DNA from: an uncultured bacterium
GTDB taxonomy: Bacteria; UBP14; UBA6098; B30-G16
Direction: 5' to 3'
DNA length: 46,535 bases
Assembly (NCBI GenBank): GCA_964562425.1
Contig: CAZLTJ010000007.1
Location: 1-46,535 of the forward strand
Notes under the pieces: model-generated
Database searches by the model: none
Seen by the model: only the letters and a program-made list of their open reading frames with translations
What the model was told of the DNA's origin: nothing
Shown here: in pieces, positions 33,236 to 41,437 of the stretch
Numbering within the stretch: position 1 is the first letter of the stretch
Layout: every line of letters starts with the position of its first letter
Position numbers and translations under genes: made by a program

Positions 33236-34160
33236 TTAATGCCTTTCCATTATAATTTAATTTGATTATGATATCTTCCAGCATAACTTTAAGTAAAGAT
33301 ATTTCACTGGCTGTCAAATCCTTTCTCCATCTTCCAATATTGTGTTTGTTTAGATTAATATCCAACATCTTTTTATTAAATGGCAGACCGATAAAATTAC
33401 AAATATCCGTAATAGTTTCTTTAGGATTATGTATTAATTTTTCAAATCTGATTTCATAAAAAGAATTTACAGGCAATCCCTTTCTTATTTCAAACCAGCG
33501 ATTAATAATATCAGCGTACATTTTAACCGATAATTCAATTTCAGACGGACACCATCTTTGTTTTACGAATGAAGTTACAACGTCTAGCGGATTGCGGTAT
33601 ATGTGAATTATTTTAGCGTCCGGCATTATTTCTAATAGCTCTTTAGCAAAAAGAATATTCCATGTGTTATCTTCAACATACATTTTTTTATTCTGCTTCT
33701 TAAGAATACTGCTGATAACATCATTGATAAACTTTCTTATGATAGGTTTTAATGTTTCTTTAGATTTAGGTGACGAATAACACATTTGTATTGCTTGATT
33801 TTCTGCACCAATCCACGATCCATAAAAATAAAAAGTATGCAATTCGTTAATTAATTTAACAACAAACTCACTGAATTCTGGAATATGTTTATCAAGTTCC
33901 CAATCCTTATAACCAATGAGTTGTGATTTCTTGTTAGAAAGTTTTTCTAAAAGAGTTTCCAGTCTTTTCAATCGCCTGTCAATTACATAAGGTGTCCACG
34001 TTTCAAAACTATTATAGAAATCAACTAACCCATCCGGATCGATTATAAACCGATATTCAAAAGGCAGCGTTGCGATATCAGTGTGCAAGCCTAAAATATC
34101 TTTAAGAATGTTAGTACCGCACCTGCCAGTACCGCCTATGAATACAATTTTAGTTTCCAT
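33222..34160 (-). CDS. PAPS-dependent sulfotransferase
   Basis: 312 aa. 5'-phosphosulfate-binding loop FIGGTGRCGTN at the N-terminus and 3'-phosphate-binding motif IIHIYRNPLDVVTS mid-protein. Confidence 0.7.
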   Translation of the reverse strand: METKIVFIGGTGRCGTNILKDILGLHTDIATLPFEYRFIIDPDGLVDFYNSFETWTPYVIDRRLKRLETLLEKLSNKKSQLIGYKDWELDKHIPEFSEFVVKLINELHTFYFYGSWIGAENQAIQMCYSSPKSKETLKPIIRKFINDVISSILKKQNKKMYVEDNTWNILFAKELLEIMPDAKIIHIYRNPLDVVTSFVKQRWCPSEIELSVKMYADIINRWFEIRKGLPVNSFYEIRFEKLIHNPKETITDICNFIGLPFNKKMLDINLNKHNIGRWRKDLTASEISLLKVMLEDIIIKLNYNGKALNEYK

Positions 34161-34176
34161 TTGTCCTCCATAGTTT

Positions 34177-34764
34177 TTATAAATAAGCCTTAAGGAATTC
34201 AGCGATTTTGTTTCCTAGAACATTATTGCCGAAATCGTTTTGATGAACACCGTCTGTTGATATACATTTTTTTCTGTTGTTTTCAATAATAACTTTATGC
34301 AGATCGTTGACGGTTATATTTTCATCCTCGATCACCTCTAGGGAAGCTTTATTATATTTGTCAACATCTATATTATTGCGAATATAAATTTTTGTTTCTT
34401 GGCTTTCTTTTCTAAGGGGTGTTATCGTTGCCCATATTAATGTAATATTTTCTGATTTGCAACGCTGAATTACTTCACGAATATTTTTTTGATATTGCGG
34501 TACGCTGCAGCAATAATTTCCACGCCGTTCTAAATCCTTCCATATTTTTAAATCATGCAGGCCAGCATTCCAGTGCATTATATCCGGCTTGATTAATGTA
34601 ACCCATTTGTTCCAGTTATTCAAAATATATACCGACCGACCGCCATTATCGCTATATTCTTTGTCTTTTATAATTGAAAAGTCAGCTTTTCCCTTTAGCC
34701 GATCCATAACAACATGACGGTATCTTTTACATATACTATCACCTGCAAGCAATATTTTTTTCAT
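34177..34764 (-). CDS. SGNH/GDSL-family hydrolase (esterase)
   Basis: 195 aa. Block I LLAGDSI with the nucleophile Ser, and block V TDGVHQN (DxxH). Confidence 0.7.
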   Translation of the reverse strand: MKKILLAGDSICKRYRHVVMDRLKGKADFSIIKDKEYSDNGGRSVYILNNWNKWVTLIKPDIMHWNAGLHDLKIWKDLERRGNYCCSVPQYQKNIREVIQRCKSENITLIWATITPLRKESQETKIYIRNNIDVDKYNKASLEVIEDENITVNDLHKVIIENNRKKCISTDGVHQNDFGNNVLGNKIAEFLKAYL

Positions 34765-36087
34765 TTAAAACCTCACATATTCAATAAGCGCTACATTTTT
34801 TCCAAAGAATTCTTTAAATCCCTGCCTGAATTGATTAAGTCCGGTATTTAATATTTCTTCAGTTATCATGTATGTATGAAATTCATTTGGCTTAATATTC
34901 AATCCGGTAAGGATTAAAATATTCGTCTTTGTTACTCGACCTATCTGTAATAGCGCCCTGTCCAAATGACAAACGCTATCTAATACAGCAAAGGCAATTG
35001 TAGTATCAAACCATAAATCAGGATAGCTTAGTTTTTCTATTTTCATCCTTACTACATTATTATTTACAGGATATGCGTCAATGCCGGTGTATTCTGTATC
35101 GGGCGATAAGTATCCTTTCACAATCATTGATCCGCATCCAATATCTAAAACTTTCTTTCCGATGTTTACCTTTTTAACGTGTGAATCATACTTGTTTACC
35201 GGCCCCTTGATTAAGTTTACACGTTCTTTCCTGCGCTCCTTTCTACGCTGCATTAGATTTTCCATTTTTCTATACCACACCTGCCTTTCATTATTACGGA
35301 TCGTGTGGAGCGCTTCCATTTCTTCATCGCTGATTTGTTCTTTTTGATTTTGCTCTTGTGCCTTCAAAATAATTCCCTTGTTATTAGTTTCTATTCCAGT
35401 TAATTTCCAATTAATACTTTGCGCTAAAATTGTCAGGGGTTCGGGGTTTGCAATAGTTTCTTTCCAAATTGTACGATCTTTCCCTGCTCTCGGTTGATTA
35501 ATTAAATATCCCGTTTCGTGATTAACAGCTATAATTGGTATGTTCTTTTCCTGTGCAAAAATAGAAAACTCCACATCATCTAAATTTCTATTCTTAAATT
35601 CACTTAATTTAATTTCTATCGTATCTGAATGATATGACATTACCCCTGTACCGGCAACATGAATCTCTCTATCGTTAGGCCAATCGCGTAAACATCTACA
35701 TATAATTTCCTGGTCAACAATCCAATGGTGTAATGGTTGTTTTAAAATACGACCGTGTAAAGTTATAATTGCCCTGCGTTCATATTGTTCTATTTTTGCA
35801 ATTGATTTTTCTATATAATCTTCAGGATAGATAATGTCATCATCCAAATAAAATAAATAGCCTTTGATTTTATCAGAGATGTAAAACCTGCTTGCCGATC
35901 CATAGTCTTTACCAATAATACAAATTATTTTATCATTATCTAAAAGGAAGCCAGGCACACTACTAAAATCATTGAGGTAAATATAAAACGTATCGATCTG
36001 GTCAATTATACTTGATACTGCCTTTTGTAAATATTCGACTCTGTTTGGCATTGTTGGTATGATTGCGGTTTTCATTTTAGAAATCAT
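34765..36087 (-). CDS. bifunctional GT-A glycosyltransferase / class I SAM methyltransferase
   Basis: 440 aa. The N-terminal GT2-like half has TAIIPTMPNR and the DxD motif FYLDDDIIYP. A basic linker follows, then a C-terminal methyltransferase with motif I KVLDIGCGS. Confidence 0.65.
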   Translation of the reverse strand: MISKMKTAIIPTMPNRVEYLQKAVSSIIDQIDTFYIYLNDFSSVPGFLLDNDKIICIIGKDYGSASRFYISDKIKGYLFYLDDDIIYPEDYIEKSIAKIEQYERRAIITLHGRILKQPLHHWIVDQEIICRCLRDWPNDREIHVAGTGVMSYHSDTIEIKLSEFKNRNLDDVEFSIFAQEKNIPIIAVNHETGYLINQPRAGKDRTIWKETIANPEPLTILAQSINWKLTGIETNNKGIILKAQEQNQKEQISDEEMEALHTIRNNERQVWYRKMENLMQRRKERRKERVNLIKGPVNKYDSHVKKVNIGKKVLDIGCGSMIVKGYLSPDTEYTGIDAYPVNNNVVRMKIEKLSYPDLWFDTTIAFAVLDSVCHLDRALLQIGRVTKTNILILTGLNIKPNEFHTYMITEEILNTGLNQFRQGFKEFFGKNVALIEYVRF

Positions 36088-36766
36088 TTAATTCCCTCCG
36101 GTATTCCCATTCTTTACGGTTAGCTTTATAGCTTTCCTTTTGATGTTGTCTTTTCTTTGGCCTTAAATCCTGCCTGTTATGAATTAACATTGTATCGCCA
36201 TTTTTATCTACAAGTGACTTTCTTGTTTTATTCATCCTGCCCTTTGCACTTGTAACTAATCCGCTTTCTAAGTCCCCTTCCTTATGCTGTCTTGTCCTGT
36301 AAATCGTGCAATGACGGTATCGGTATTCAATATCGTCATACATTTTATAACCCCGGACAGTATTGAGCATCAAAGTGGTGCCGTCTTCGTGAAACCGTTT
36401 TTGTTTTATACGGTATACATCTTCTGTTAATTCTATTCCATCCCAACTGAATGGCTGCATTATTTCATCCGCATCAATGGAAAAACAATAGGAACCTATC
36501 GGCGTATGTTTAAAATATTGGTTTCTTTTTACCGCCTGGTTAAACCAAAAATCTTTAGGTGCGCTAACATGAATATCAGCATATTTTCTAACAACATCAA
36601 TACATCCATCGGTTGAATAATATTTTTCATTTGGCAATAATGGAAACTCTTTAAAAGCGCCGTCTACTGCAATTATTTTAAAACCATTTGCCTTTAATGC
36701 TTTAAAGCAACTCTCAAGCAAGCCAGGCGAATCATTATAATAGATGACCCCTGCATATAATTTCAT
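36077..36766 (-). CDS. GT-A type glycosyltransferase-like protein (paralog of 14685-15488)
   Basis: The track ORF starts at GTG 36793. I prefer ATG 36766 (MKLYAGVIYYND), which aligns with MNLIACTIFFND of the paralog. Motifs IAVDGAFKEF, YSTDGCIDVV and FSIDADEI. Confidence 0.6.
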   Translation of the reverse strand: MKLYAGVIYYNDSPGLLESCFKALKANGFKIIAVDGAFKEFPLLPNEKYYSTDGCIDVVRKYADIHVSAPKDFWFNQAVKRNQYFKHTPIGSYCFSIDADEIMQPFSWDGIELTEDVYRIKQKRFHEDGTTLMLNTVRGYKMYDDIEYRYRHCTIYRTRQHKEGDLESGLVTSAKGRMNKTRKSLVDKNGDTMLIHNRQDLRPKKRQHQKESYKANRKEWEYRRELNDF

Positions 36767-36780
36767 TTTAAAATCTCTGT

Positions 36781-36897
36781 TTATTTCTTCCACATTCTAC
36801 TTCTGTTTGCTTTTGAACCCATAAAAAATACTACATATAATAATAGCATAATTATATAAAGTAGAAACACATCAAATAGAATGTGAATCCACCCCAT
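36781..36897 (-). CDS. 38-aa hydrophobic peptide
   Basis: Hand translation MGWIHILFDVFLLYIIMLLLYVVFFMGSKANRSRMWKK gives one TM helix plus a basic tail. GGAAG lies 2 nt before the ATG (short SD spacing). Lies between two GT genes. Could be chance in AT-rich DNA. Confidence 0.3.
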   Translation of the reverse strand: MGWIHILFDVFLLYIIMLLLYVVFFMGSKANRSRMWKK

Positions 36898-36925
36898 TGC
36901 TTCCGGATCAATCGAATCTTTAATT

Positions 36926-37741
36926 TCATATAATCTTTTTATCAAATACATCTTTACTTAATCCTAATAATCTATCTGCGATATATTCAGGGACAATATC
37001 GCCGATGACTTTATCGGTTTTATAAAAAGGCGGTTGTGGGTTTTGATAGTGCCGGACTCTCTTAAGGGAAATTTTATTGAATCCATCTGTATTAATACCA
37101 GTTTCCCAATTCCCTCCATTCCATATAGTATTCATATCAGATCTAAATATATCATATTTAACCGATCTTGCATTCCTATAAAGCCAACCATCAATCGTAA
37201 AGCCCTTATCTCTAAACGGAAGATTTTTAATAAGCTCCATCCTTATAGAGATGTTTACACCTTTCGACGAAAAGGACTTTGATTTTTTAGATGGGATATG
37301 ACTTCTTAATATAATCTGTCCCGTTTTGCAATTATAAAAATATATGTTTTCATAATGTATCCAATCGTATCCGCCCTTTATATGATTATAAGCAGTTGAA
37401 ATCCTATCATTCTGTGAATAGTTATCAGATGCTTGCAATAACAACATCTCTGATTTTTTATCAGCTGACTGGACAATGAATTTCCATTTACTTTCAAGGG
37501 TCACATAATCTTCCAAGTCAATAAATTTTATTTCCCTGCACCCTGCTTTATAAAGCCTGTCTCTGTAAGAATCAAAGAATTGATTTCCGCAATATCCATC
37601 TTCACTATCAGGACATAATTCTTCACAGATAATTAATTCCCATTTAAAATTAATGTTTACTTGATTACATAGGCTTTCCATGGCAAGCCATACGATTGCA
37701 CTTGATTTAAACACTGGCAAACCTACGGATAGTTCAATCAT
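36926..37741 (-). CDS. family 2-like glycosyltransferase
   Basis: 271 aa. Typical GT2 N-terminus LSVGLPVFKSSAIVWLAMESLCNQ. ATGA-type overlap with the upstream acyltransferase gene. Confidence 0.6.
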   Translation of the reverse strand: MIELSVGLPVFKSSAIVWLAMESLCNQVNINFKWELIICEELCPDSEDGYCGNQFFDSYRDRLYKAGCREIKFIDLEDYVTLESKWKFIVQSADKKSEMLLLQASDNYSQNDRISTAYNHIKGGYDWIHYENIYFYNCKTGQIILRSHIPSKKSKSFSSKGVNISIRMELIKNLPFRDKGFTIDGWLYRNARSVKYDIFRSDMNTIWNGGNWETGINTDGFNKISLKRVRHYQNPQPPFYKTDKVIGDIVPEYIADRLLGLSKDVFDKKII

Positions 37742-38523
37742 TTAGTTTCTTGCCTTTTTGCAGGGACACCCATTACTGTAATATTGTCAGGTATGTCTTT
37801 AGTGACCACACTCCCCATGCCCACCATGCAATTACTCCCTACTTTAATTCTGTTTCTGATTATAGCACCCGGAGCTATCCGCGTACCCTCTCCTATTTCG
37901 CAATGACCGAGCAGGATTGCGCTGGACATAATCAAAGAGTTGTCGCCTATTTTAACGTCATGCGATATGGAGCAAAGATTATCTATCTTCACACCATTTC
38001 CAATTACAGTATTGCCAAAAGTCCCCCGGTCAATGCAGACACAAGCACCAATGTCAACGTTATTTCCAATTATCACACCGCCGATATTAGGAAATCGAAT
38101 AGGTTTATTATTTTCATCCTTAACGAATCCATAATTATCTTTTCCTATAACACTATTTTCGCCTACATAAACGTCTCTGCCTGTTTCACAACAGGAATAA
38201 ACAGTAGCATTGTCAAACTTACTGTTATTTATCCCATCTCTTATAGGAAATTTCTGCATTTGATAATGATAAAACTGTTTAATAACCTTTGCCATTGCAA
38301 GGCGCGGATTATCAACAGGAATAAATGATTTACATTCACCATACACTTCCTCTAATTCCGGTGCTAATACAATCATATTTTGATTTAATAATTTAACAAC
38401 ATCATTATACATAAACGTCAACGTATTCTCTTTGTAATTATCAAACTCCGACACTCCTTCAATTTCAACGTCCTCTCCAATGATAGGCGCGTTTAAAAAT
38501 TCTGCTATTACAGATAGTTTCAT
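37738..38523 (-). CDS. LpxD-type UDP-aminosugar N-acyltransferase (left-handed beta-helix)
   Basis: 261 aa. LpxD-like N-terminal domain (MKLSVIAEFLNAPIIGEDVEIEGVSEFDNYKENTLTFM). The hexapeptide core aligns closely with E. coli LpxD and keeps the catalytic His context: IGGVIIGNNVDIGACVCIDRGTFGNTVIGNGVKIDNLCSISHDVKIGDN. Confidence 0.75.
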   Translation of the reverse strand: MKLSVIAEFLNAPIIGEDVEIEGVSEFDNYKENTLTFMYNDVVKLLNQNMIVLAPELEEVYGECKSFIPVDNPRLAMAKVIKQFYHYQMQKFPIRDGINNSKFDNATVYSCCETGRDVYVGENSVIGKDNYGFVKDENNKPIRFPNIGGVIIGNNVDIGACVCIDRGTFGNTVIGNGVKIDNLCSISHDVKIGDNSLIMSSAILLGHCEIGEGTRIAPGAIIRNRIKVGSNCMVGMGSVVTKDIPDNITVMGVPAKRQETK

Positions 38524-38696
38524 TTATCCCCCCTGAAACAATAAAGAGTTAATTTTTTATCCTTGTCTATCTTCACATCAAGGACAACGCTATTTTTGCC
38601 ACCCTTAAAAATACAATTCTTAACCCCGCAAGTATTTTTAATCAGGCAGTCAAAGTTATGAACATAGCCGATTTCAGTTGATAGTTCTTTAGACAT
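38520..38696 (-). CDS. small hypothetical protein (58 aa)
   Basis: Hand translation: MSKELSTEIGYVHNFDCLIKNTCGVKNCIFKGGKNSVVLDVKIDKDKKLTLYCFRGDK. Its stop overlaps the acyltransferase ATG (ATGA). Fills the gap after the Ntn hydrolase gene. Confidence 0.35.
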   Translation of the reverse strand: MSKELSTEIGYVHNFDCLIKNTCGVKNCIFKGGKNSVVLDVKIDKDKKLTLYCFRGDK

Positions 38697-38704
38697 ATTA
38701 ACCC

Positions 38705-39265
38705 CTATCCTAAATTCATTATCTTAAATGGTCGCCTTACAAAAGGACTATAATATTCTGACGTTTCCAACGCTTTAATAATTAATACATCTGGCGCTAT
38801 TTTTCTTTTGATTGATCTATATAGATCAATAGACGTTCTCATAGATGCTAATGCATATTGGAAACCACACCCTACTGAGCAATAATTATCTGATGGAATT
38901 GCTACTTGGAAATCTGGCTGTATCTCATATAATCTATTTTTAAGTCCGACAATAAACGAACCGCCCTCTTCTACCTTGTTTACTATCTCGGTGAAACCGC
39001 CATCTTTAAATACCTTCCTTATTTTATCAATAAATAGTGTATTAATATATTCATCTACATCCATTCCTTCGGGAAAAGATGGTCTAATAAATTTCCAACG
39101 TAGTAAATTACCCATTCTATAGGATGTTGTAAAACCATATATTGCATTGTCCTTAATAAATACTTTATCATCGCCCCTAGACATAATGCGAGAATTATTT
39201 GAACCGGCATTATCTGCGCCAATATAAATCTTTTTATCATAAATCCAACCTACTACACAAGTCAT
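38705..39265 (-). CDS. proteasome beta / HslV-like Ntn hydrolase
   Basis: 186 aa. Thr at position 2 (MTCVVGW) could serve as the N-terminal nucleophile. GADNAGS, DDKVF and the late VGCGFQYALAS motif parallel HslV TTIV..GDGQ..KV..GSGGPYA. Confidence 0.6.
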   Translation of the reverse strand: MTCVVGWIYDKKIYIGADNAGSNNSRIMSRGDDKVFIKDNAIYGFTTSYRMGNLLRWKFIRPSFPEGMDVDEYINTLFIDKIRKVFKDGGFTEIVNKVEEGGSFIVGLKNRLYEIQPDFQVAIPSDNYCSVGCGFQYALASMRTSIDLYRSIKRKIAPDVLIIKALETSEYYSPFVRRPFKIMNLG

Positions 39266-39270
39266 CTAAT

Positions 39271-39507
39271 TTACCCCTTTCTGATAAATCCAATCCCCTC
39301 TTTAATATCTTTGATTGTAAAACCCAGTTTCTTTGCTTCTTTTTTTAAGATTGGGAACACCTCCCTTTTCCAGAATAATCTTTTTTGTTTCTCCATCTGT
39401 TTGTAATTAAAATTCTTAACATCAACAGTATTTAACATCAATGGGTCTATACTATAAGCCTTGATAATTTTATCCCTTTGTTTTTCTAATTCAGTTTTCT
39501 TTTTCAT
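39271..39507 (-). CDS. hypothetical protein
   Basis: The track ORF uses TTG at 39531. I prefer ATG 39507 (MKKKTELEK) with GAAAGG 6 nt upstream. Basic 78-aa product. Confidence 0.4.
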   Translation of the reverse strand: MKKKTELEKQRDKIIKAYSIDPLMLNTVDVKNFNYKQMEKQKRLFWKREVFPILKKEAKKLGFTIKDIKEGIGFIRKG

Positions 39508-39724
39508 TATCATCCTTTCTGATAAATCCAAATTTCTTTTTACCCCACACTACTATTTCAGGCTTTTCAAATTTAATCTGATATTCACAAGCATTATCTT
39601 TAAATGGATATGCCTTACATAATCTTGCACCTAATCCAAATAAATTTTTCTTAATCTTTTCGTTCTTACAATAACCACCAGGATTGTCAGCATAAATACA
39701 ATTTATATTTATAAAAACACCCAT
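39491..39724 (-). CDS. hypothetical Cys-containing protein
   Basis: 77-aa ORF. Its C-terminus FGFIRKDD is encoded by the 18-nt repeat shared with the next gene boundary. Confidence 0.4.
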   Translation of the reverse strand: MGVFININCIYADNPGGYCKNEKIKKNLFGLGARLCKAYPFKDNACEYQIKFEKPEIVVWGKKKFGFIRKDDNEKEN

Positions 39725-39728
39725 AATA

Positions 39729-39917
39729 TTATCCTTTTATTAAAAATCCCTCTGACTTTTTCTGCCTAACAAAATATTTAACGTTTGAAAGTATTCCACC
39801 TGTAAATCGTTTCATCCCGTTCTTTTTAAAAAGTATCTCACCATTGTAATGTCTTAGCTTTTCATCAATTTCTAATACTGTGATTGTTCTCGGCTTATCT
39901 GATTCAAGAGTTATCAT
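39729..39917 (-). CDS. hypothetical protein
   Basis: 62-aa ORF. ATGA overlap with the upstream DUF1937 gene. Confidence 0.35.
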   Translation of the reverse strand: MITLESDKPRTITVLEIDEKLRHYNGEILFKKNGMKRFTGGILSNVKYFVRQKKSEGFLIKG

Positions 39918-40261
39918 AGTATAAAGTCCTCATTGATATATTCTATCTCTAGGCCTAAATGAGTGGCTATCTCGATTTCATTCGTAATGCCGGTCGATGT
40001 TTCCCACCCTTGAAGTTTAAGCACAAACATTTTATAACAGACAGACAAATAAACAGTGTCAAATTTTTCCCAGTACCTCCATTCAACAGGCAGTTTGCAT
40101 TGCATTGCAATGGGATGCGTATGTGATATAGGGGAAAAGATAATGTGTCCTTTCTGCATTAACAAACCAGCGCACTTGCTGACTTTTTCAAACCGTTCTC
40201 TCATTACAATGGCTGATTGATGCGTATACGGACAAGCTAAATAAGCTATTTGTTTATTCAT
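39914..40261 (-). CDS. DUF1937 protein (nucleoside 2-deoxyribosyltransferase-like fold)
   Basis: 115 aa. AYLACPYTH, IFSPISHTHP and LQGWETSTGITNEIEIA match the DUF1937 pattern. Confidence 0.55.
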   Translation of the reverse strand: MNKQIAYLACPYTHQSAIVMRERFEKVSKCAGLLMQKGHIIFSPISHTHPIAMQCKLPVEWRYWEKFDTVYLSVCYKMFVLKLQGWETSTGITNEIEIATHLGLEIEYINEDFIL

Positions 40262-40262
40262 T

Positions 40263-40478
40263 TTAAAATAACTCCGTTTGTTTAGGACTATAATATTCTT
40301 CCGTTGTTAAGACTTCACCTTTTGTTAGATTAAAACCCTTATTATATGCATACCATTTCTTTCTTTCAATTGATGTATCCGAGGGATCGCCACTAAAGGG
40401 ATTAAAATTATATTTCTTTTCAATCTTATCTTTCTTTCCTAATCTATAAGCATGAATAAGTTGTATAAACTCGGTCAT
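40263..40478 (-). CDS. hypothetical protein
   Basis: 71-aa ORF, tightly packed against its neighbours. Confidence 0.35.
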   Translation of the reverse strand: MTEFIQLIHAYRLGKKDKIEKKYNFNPFSGDPSDTSIERKKWYAYNKGFNLTKGEVLTTEEYYSPKQTELF

Positions 40479-40651
40479 TTCTTTTTTCCCTTGATAACTT
40501 CTGCTTTAGCGTGAAAGACGGACTTTCTTATTTCCTTGCCATTGGATAGCAGGACGTATTGTTCGCCGATATATTTTCCTTTGTATATTTCCCGGTGCAT
40601 TATAACTTTTTCAACGGTCACTATTTCGTTTAGGTATTTATATTTAAGCAT
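40475..40651 (-). CDS. small hypothetical protein (58 aa)
   Basis: Hand translation: MLKYKYLNEIVTVEKVIMHREIYKGKYIGEQYVLLSNGKEIRKSVFHAKAEVIKGKKK. ATGA overlap with the downstream gene and an 8-nt overlap upstream. Confidence 0.35.
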   Translation of the reverse strand: MLKYKYLNEIVTVEKVIMHREIYKGKYIGEQYVLLSNGKEIRKSVFHAKAEVIKGKKK

Positions 40652-40994
40652 CGGCCTTTCCTTTCAGTTGCCAGATCGCTATTATGTTTCCATGTGAACC
40701 ATTTGCTTTCGATTGATAGTATCCTACTCTTTTAAATCGACCGTCACGAAATACAGCGCCCATGACATTGTTAGAATATTTTATACCGCTGTTTTTTATG
40801 TTCATTAATTCCCTTGCGTCATCAGATGTAATGCAATTAGGAAGGTTATATTTTGGATATCCCTTGTTAGCATAACAAAAATGTCTCGCTTGTTTTCTTG
40901 CTTCCTTAAGCCATGATGAATCCGTGTACTCAAAGGAGTCAAGCGCCTCTTCTTTTTTGTCTAGCTCTGTTAAAAAGTTTAGTTGTGGTTTCAT
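40644..40994 (-). CDS. hypothetical protein
   Basis: 116-aa ORF. No recognisable motif. Confidence 0.4.
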   Translation of the reverse strand: MKPQLNFLTELDKKEEALDSFEYTDSSWLKEARKQARHFCYANKGYPKYNLPNCITSDDARELMNIKNSGIKYSNNVMGAVFRDGRFKRVGYYQSKANGSHGNIIAIWQLKGKADA

Positions 40995-41198
40995 ATTTTA
41001 AAACCGCTGCCAGTGCTTCATGTACGGGTTCAAACTGCACTATCCACACCGGCAAGCAGTTAGTTAAATTATTTCACAGTTTTCCTTTACACAATTAGGT
41101 CTTGACTTAAGTTCCTTTTCTCTACTGCATTTAAAACATTCATCATAAGTTACAAGACCTTTAATTTTACAATTGTACTTCGGCAATTGCTCACCCTT

Positions 41199-41423
41199 TC
41201 AGGACTCAATTAATTTTGACACCGTTTCTTTCTGTACTTTGATATCCTTTTCAGATATCGAGCCGTAACGATAAGTTACATTTGCCTTTCCGTTTTCTCC
41301 AATCCAATTCTTTGCGTCCTTTGAAGATTCAAAGCCGTCCTGTTCGATTGTAAACGCTTCGCCCTCATTGTGTTTTACTTTCTGGAATACGCATAAGATT
41401 GTCTTACGCTTCTTGTCTGCCAT
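41199..41423 (-). CDS. hypothetical protein
   Basis: 74-aa ORF with an SD (aaggaaggattaatcATG). Confidence 0.4.
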   Translation of the reverse strand: MADKKRKTILCVFQKVKHNEGEAFTIEQDGFESSKDAKNWIGENGKANVTYRYGSISEKDIKVQKETVSKLIES

Positions 41424-41437
41424 GATTAATCCTTCCT

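Noticed and set aside
40995-41198. Possible 39-codon TTG-initiated Cys-rich ORF (LPKYNCKIKGLVTYDECFKCSREKELKSRPNCVKENCEII) and a long-loop hairpin in the 204-nt gap.
   Set aside because: The start is non-ATG with marginal SD spacing. The hairpin has a 29-nt loop with a G-U pair and no clear U-tract. Neither is firm enough to annotate.
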